Shown piece after piece: positions 24,745 through 26,776 of a DNA stretch of 26,776 nt (position 1 is its first letter; each line of letters starts with the position of its first letter). The translations under genes and the position numbers were made by a program. The notes beneath the pieces are model-generated. The model was not told where the DNA came from, searched no databases, and saw only the letters and a list, made by a program, of their open reading frames with translations. The stretch comes from a virus. Lineage: Duplodnaviria > Caudoviricetes. The stretch is taken from the IMG/VR virus record IMGVR_UViG_3300049144_000064, positions 1-26,776 of that record; one strand, written 5' to 3'.

Positions 24745-24992
24745 GGACGCCAGCTTTCGTCGTAGTCGGGGTGTTCAGCGAACCGGGCCGCGGCCTGGCG
24801 GATCGGCTGGCACGGGTAGGGGCCGGGGCAGTCGCTGACGCACCGGTAGGTGCCGGTCGCCTGGTCGAGGACGCCGTAGTGGTCGAGGACCGCGATCTCC
24901 TCCAGCTTCTCGGCCTCGGCGCGGCCGACCTCGCGGGCGCGCGCGAGGAGGAACCCGACGATCGGGTGCCCCTGCGGCAGACCCGTCGTCAC
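24741..24992 (-). CDS. DUF6221-like protein, short variant (83 aa)
   Basis: FLLARARE… and C-terminal AARFAEHPDYDESWRP. Confidence 0.7.
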   Translation of the reverse strand: MTTGLPQGHPIVGFLLARAREVGRAEAEKLEEIAVLDHYGVLDQATGTYRCVSDCPGPYPCQPIRQAAARFAEHPDYDESWRP

Positions 24993-25216
24993 GGCGTCCA
25001 CCGGCCCTCGTACTCCTGTCGGAACCGGGGCGACTCGGCCAGCACCTCGCGGGCGATGCGGTCCACCTCGGACCACTCGCCCGGCGTCACGCCGCCGTGG
25101 CCGTGCACGCAGTCGACGTCCTGGCAGGCGTGGTCGTCTTTGCTGGGCGCGTAAAGCAGCGGCGTGCCGTGGACAGGGCAGACGCAGCGGTCGTCGCACT
25201 CGTGGTCGCCGCTCAT
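24989..25216 (-). CDS. Cys/His-rich Zn-binding protein (75 aa)
   Basis: CPVHG…HACQDVDC; coupled overlaps. Confidence 0.7.
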   Translation of the reverse strand: MSGDHECDDRCVCPVHGTPLLYAPSKDDHACQDVDCVHGHGGVTPGEWSEVDRIAREVLAESPRFRQEYEGRWTP

Positions 25217-25479
25217 GACTGCTGCCCCGGAGACCTGTCGGGTGCAGTCCGGCGCGCCCAGTAGTCAGCCTCGTCTCGCAGGTCCTGCAGCGTGCCCATC
25301 AGCGTCGCCATGGGCGGCATGTGCGGTGGCGGCGTGCTGATGTGGGCGGTGGAGTGGACCTCGTCGCCGCGGAGGTACTCGGCGTCCCAGCGGTTGAGGC
25401 TGAGCTGCCGCGCCCGGACCGAGAACCTGTACGGGTCGTCCGGGTCCTGCAGCGTCAGCTGCCATCGCTCGTCGGTCAC
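25213..25479 (-). CDS. Hypothetical protein (88 aa)
   Basis: GTGA/ATGA overlaps; MTDERWQLTLQD…. Confidence 0.65.
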   Translation of the reverse strand: MTDERWQLTLQDPDDPYRFSVRARQLSLNRWDAEYLRGDEVHSTAHISTPPPHMPPMATLMGTLQDLRDEADYWARRTAPDRSPGQQS

Positions 25480-25883
25480 GGCTTCCAGTCCTCGCGGTAG
25501 TCGGAGTGTCCGGCGTACGGCAGGGCGAGCAGGCTCAGCAGTTGCTCGTGCAGGTCGCTGGTGCAGCCCCACTCGCTTTCGATGCTCCGGTCCGCCGAGA
25601 TCACGCCGTTGTCTTCGTCGAGCACGAGGTCGATGGTCCGCCGCTTCGCCGCGATGTCGGCCAGCTCCTGGTCACGGTCGAACACGACCTGCACCGAGTC
25701 CGGCTCGACAACACGACCGTCGCACACCCAGACGTCACCGTTCGACGATGCCGCCGAGGTGTAGCGCATCGACCCGTCGGCGTGCCGGAAGGTCGCCCAC
25801 GCCAGCCTCGCCGGGCTGACCGTGAGGAGCATGAGCTTCCGCTCGTCGTACCGGGCCCGCAGGAACTCTGCGATGCCGTCCAT
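25476..25883 (-). CDS. DUF6221-like protein (135 aa)
   Basis: IAEFLRARYDE…LADIAAKRR…LLALPYAGHSDYREDWKP. Confidence 0.8.
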   Translation of the reverse strand: MDGIAEFLRARYDERKLMLLTVSPARLAWATFRHADGSMRYTSAASSNGDVWVCDGRVVEPDSVQVVFDRDQELADIAAKRRTIDLVLDEDNGVISADRSIESEWGCTSDLHEQLLSLLALPYAGHSDYREDWKP

Positions 25884-26440
25884 CACGGCTTCCACGCAGC
25901 GTCGTAGTCGGGGTGTCCTTCGTAGACGGTGGCGAGCTGCTTGATCACGGTGCGCAGGATCGTTGCTTCGTAGTCCGCGCGCTCCCACGTCGCCAGGTCA
26001 CGCGGAGACTTGCCCTCCGCGGGCGCCGCTCGGAACTTCGCCGAGAGCTCGTCTCGCACGCGCATCGTCGTGGCGTAGTCGTCGAGGATCGCCTTCTTCG
26101 CCGCCACGTCAGCCAAGATCTCCCGCCGAGACGGGACCAGGCCACTGCGGCGGAGGGCGCGCTCCACTTCGCGGCCGACCAGCATGTCGATGCTGGGGCT
26201 GGCGGCGTCATGCTCGGCAATCACAGCGGCAATGGCGTCGTCCGGCGCGGCCGCTGCGGCGCGCTCGTCGAGCCGGGCCCAGTAGAACGCGATCAGCGGG
26301 TCGGAGATCGGCTCCAGGTAGACGACGTCCCGAGTCGGGAACGGGACTCCCTCCGAGGCGATCCGCGCGATCTTCTCGATCTCCTCGTCGGTGAAGCCCC
26401 GCGCGCGCAACTCTTCCGGCGTCTCGCGGTGGTCAGGCAT
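25883..26440 (-). CDS. DUF6221-like protein with N-terminal extension (185 aa)
   Basis: LIAFYWARLDE…LADVAAKKAIL…LATVYEGHPDYDAAWKP. Confidence 0.8.
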   Translation of the reverse strand: MPDHRETPEELRARGFTDEEIEKIARIASEGVPFPTRDVVYLEPISDPLIAFYWARLDERAAAAAPDDAIAAVIAEHDAASPSIDMLVGREVERALRRSGLVPSRREILADVAAKKAILDDYATTMRVRDELSAKFRAAPAEGKSPRDLATWERADYEATILRTVIKQLATVYEGHPDYDAAWKP

Positions 26441-26633
26441 CGGGGGTCTCCTTGCGGGAGGCGGGTTCGGGCAGCTGGGCGTCAGGCTCGCCGGTGTACC
26501 AGCGCAGGAACGCGAGTACGGCCTTGCTGCGGTCCGTGCCGCTGGCGGTGGCGACGGCGCCGGCGTTCTTCCAGACGTGCTCGGGGACCCAGACGCGGGC
26601 CATGACGAGGCCGTCTGCGCGTTTGTTCGGCAT
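26433..26633 (-). CDS. Ribbon-helix-helix DNA-binding protein (66 aa), leaderless
   Basis: ARVWVPEHVWKNA…GTDRSKAVLAFLRWY; -10 TAGGGT lies 5 nt before the ATG. Confidence 0.75.
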   Translation of the reverse strand: MPNKRADGLVMARVWVPEHVWKNAGAVATASGTDRSKAVLAFLRWYTGEPDAQLPEPASRKETPDA

Positions 26634-26638
26634 GCCCG

Positions 26639-26716
26639 ACCCTACCACGGTGTGGCAACACCCGAATGGAGTACTTGACCGGTGTAGCTACACCCATGCT
26701 AGGGTGTGGCTACACC
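26639..26716. promoter_or_regulatory. Divergent promoters with three 14-bp palindromic operators GGTGTRGCWACACC
   Basis: Operators at 26649-26662, 26681-26694 (perfect palindrome) and 26703-26716. Plus promoter TTGACC (26675-80) to extended -10 TGcTAGGGT (26697-26705); minus -10 TAGGGT (26644-26639). Confidence 0.8.
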
Positions 26717-26739
26717 AAGAACGAGCCACGGAGGACACC

Positions 26740-26776
26740 ATGGACCTGATCACCGCCGCCCGCCAGGACCTCGCCG
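26740..26776 (+). CDS. 5' end of a divergent gene (MDLITAARQDLA…), truncated by the window
   Basis: RBS GGAGG at 26730-26734, downstream of the plus-strand promoter. Confidence 0.65.
   Translation, partial: MDLITAARQDLA

Larger units (their letters stand above)
1810..26776 (-). mobile_element. Siphovirus-type prophage, late (packaging-head-tail-lysis) region; boundaries not defined in window
   Basis: Canonical syntenic order terL-portal-protease-capsid-neck-tail tube-chaperone-TMP-minor tail-lysis, mostly joined by ATGA/GTGA/TGATG overlaps; no sheath gene. Confidence 0.95.

Noticed and set aside
26649-26716. CRISPR-like repeats
   Set aside because: Only 14-bp palindromes with 8-18 bp gaps over promoters; operator-like, and no cas genes.

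Overview
High-GC actinobacterial DNA (probably Pseudonocardiaceae-like; inference) made up almost entirely of the late region of a siphovirus-type prophage on the minus strand. In reading order: an RHH regulator with three palindromic operators, a run of small genes (three DUF6221-like paralogs, Zn-finger mini-proteins), terminase large subunit, portal-MuF fusion, ClpP-type head protease, HK97 capsid, head/neck genes, two paralogous tail-tube genes, tail chaperone with a -1 frameshift, tape measure, minor tail proteins, a lysis cassette and a frameshifted gene behind a LexA box. Two elements stand out. (1) Between terminase and portal is an antisense (+ strand) RNA island: a candidate ~95-nt structured RNA, an initiator-derived tRNA(CAU) lacking key initiator determinants, and a circularly permuted tRNA mimic (T arm - closed acceptor stem - D arm, the YrlA Y-RNA topology). 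No Ro60/Rsr gene is present in the window. (2) At the left end is a convergent operon encoding an AvrB-like Fido-fold protein coupled to tandem-HTH proteins. No integrase, att site or recognisable small terminase is visible. All family calls are by-eye motif recognition, not database searches.
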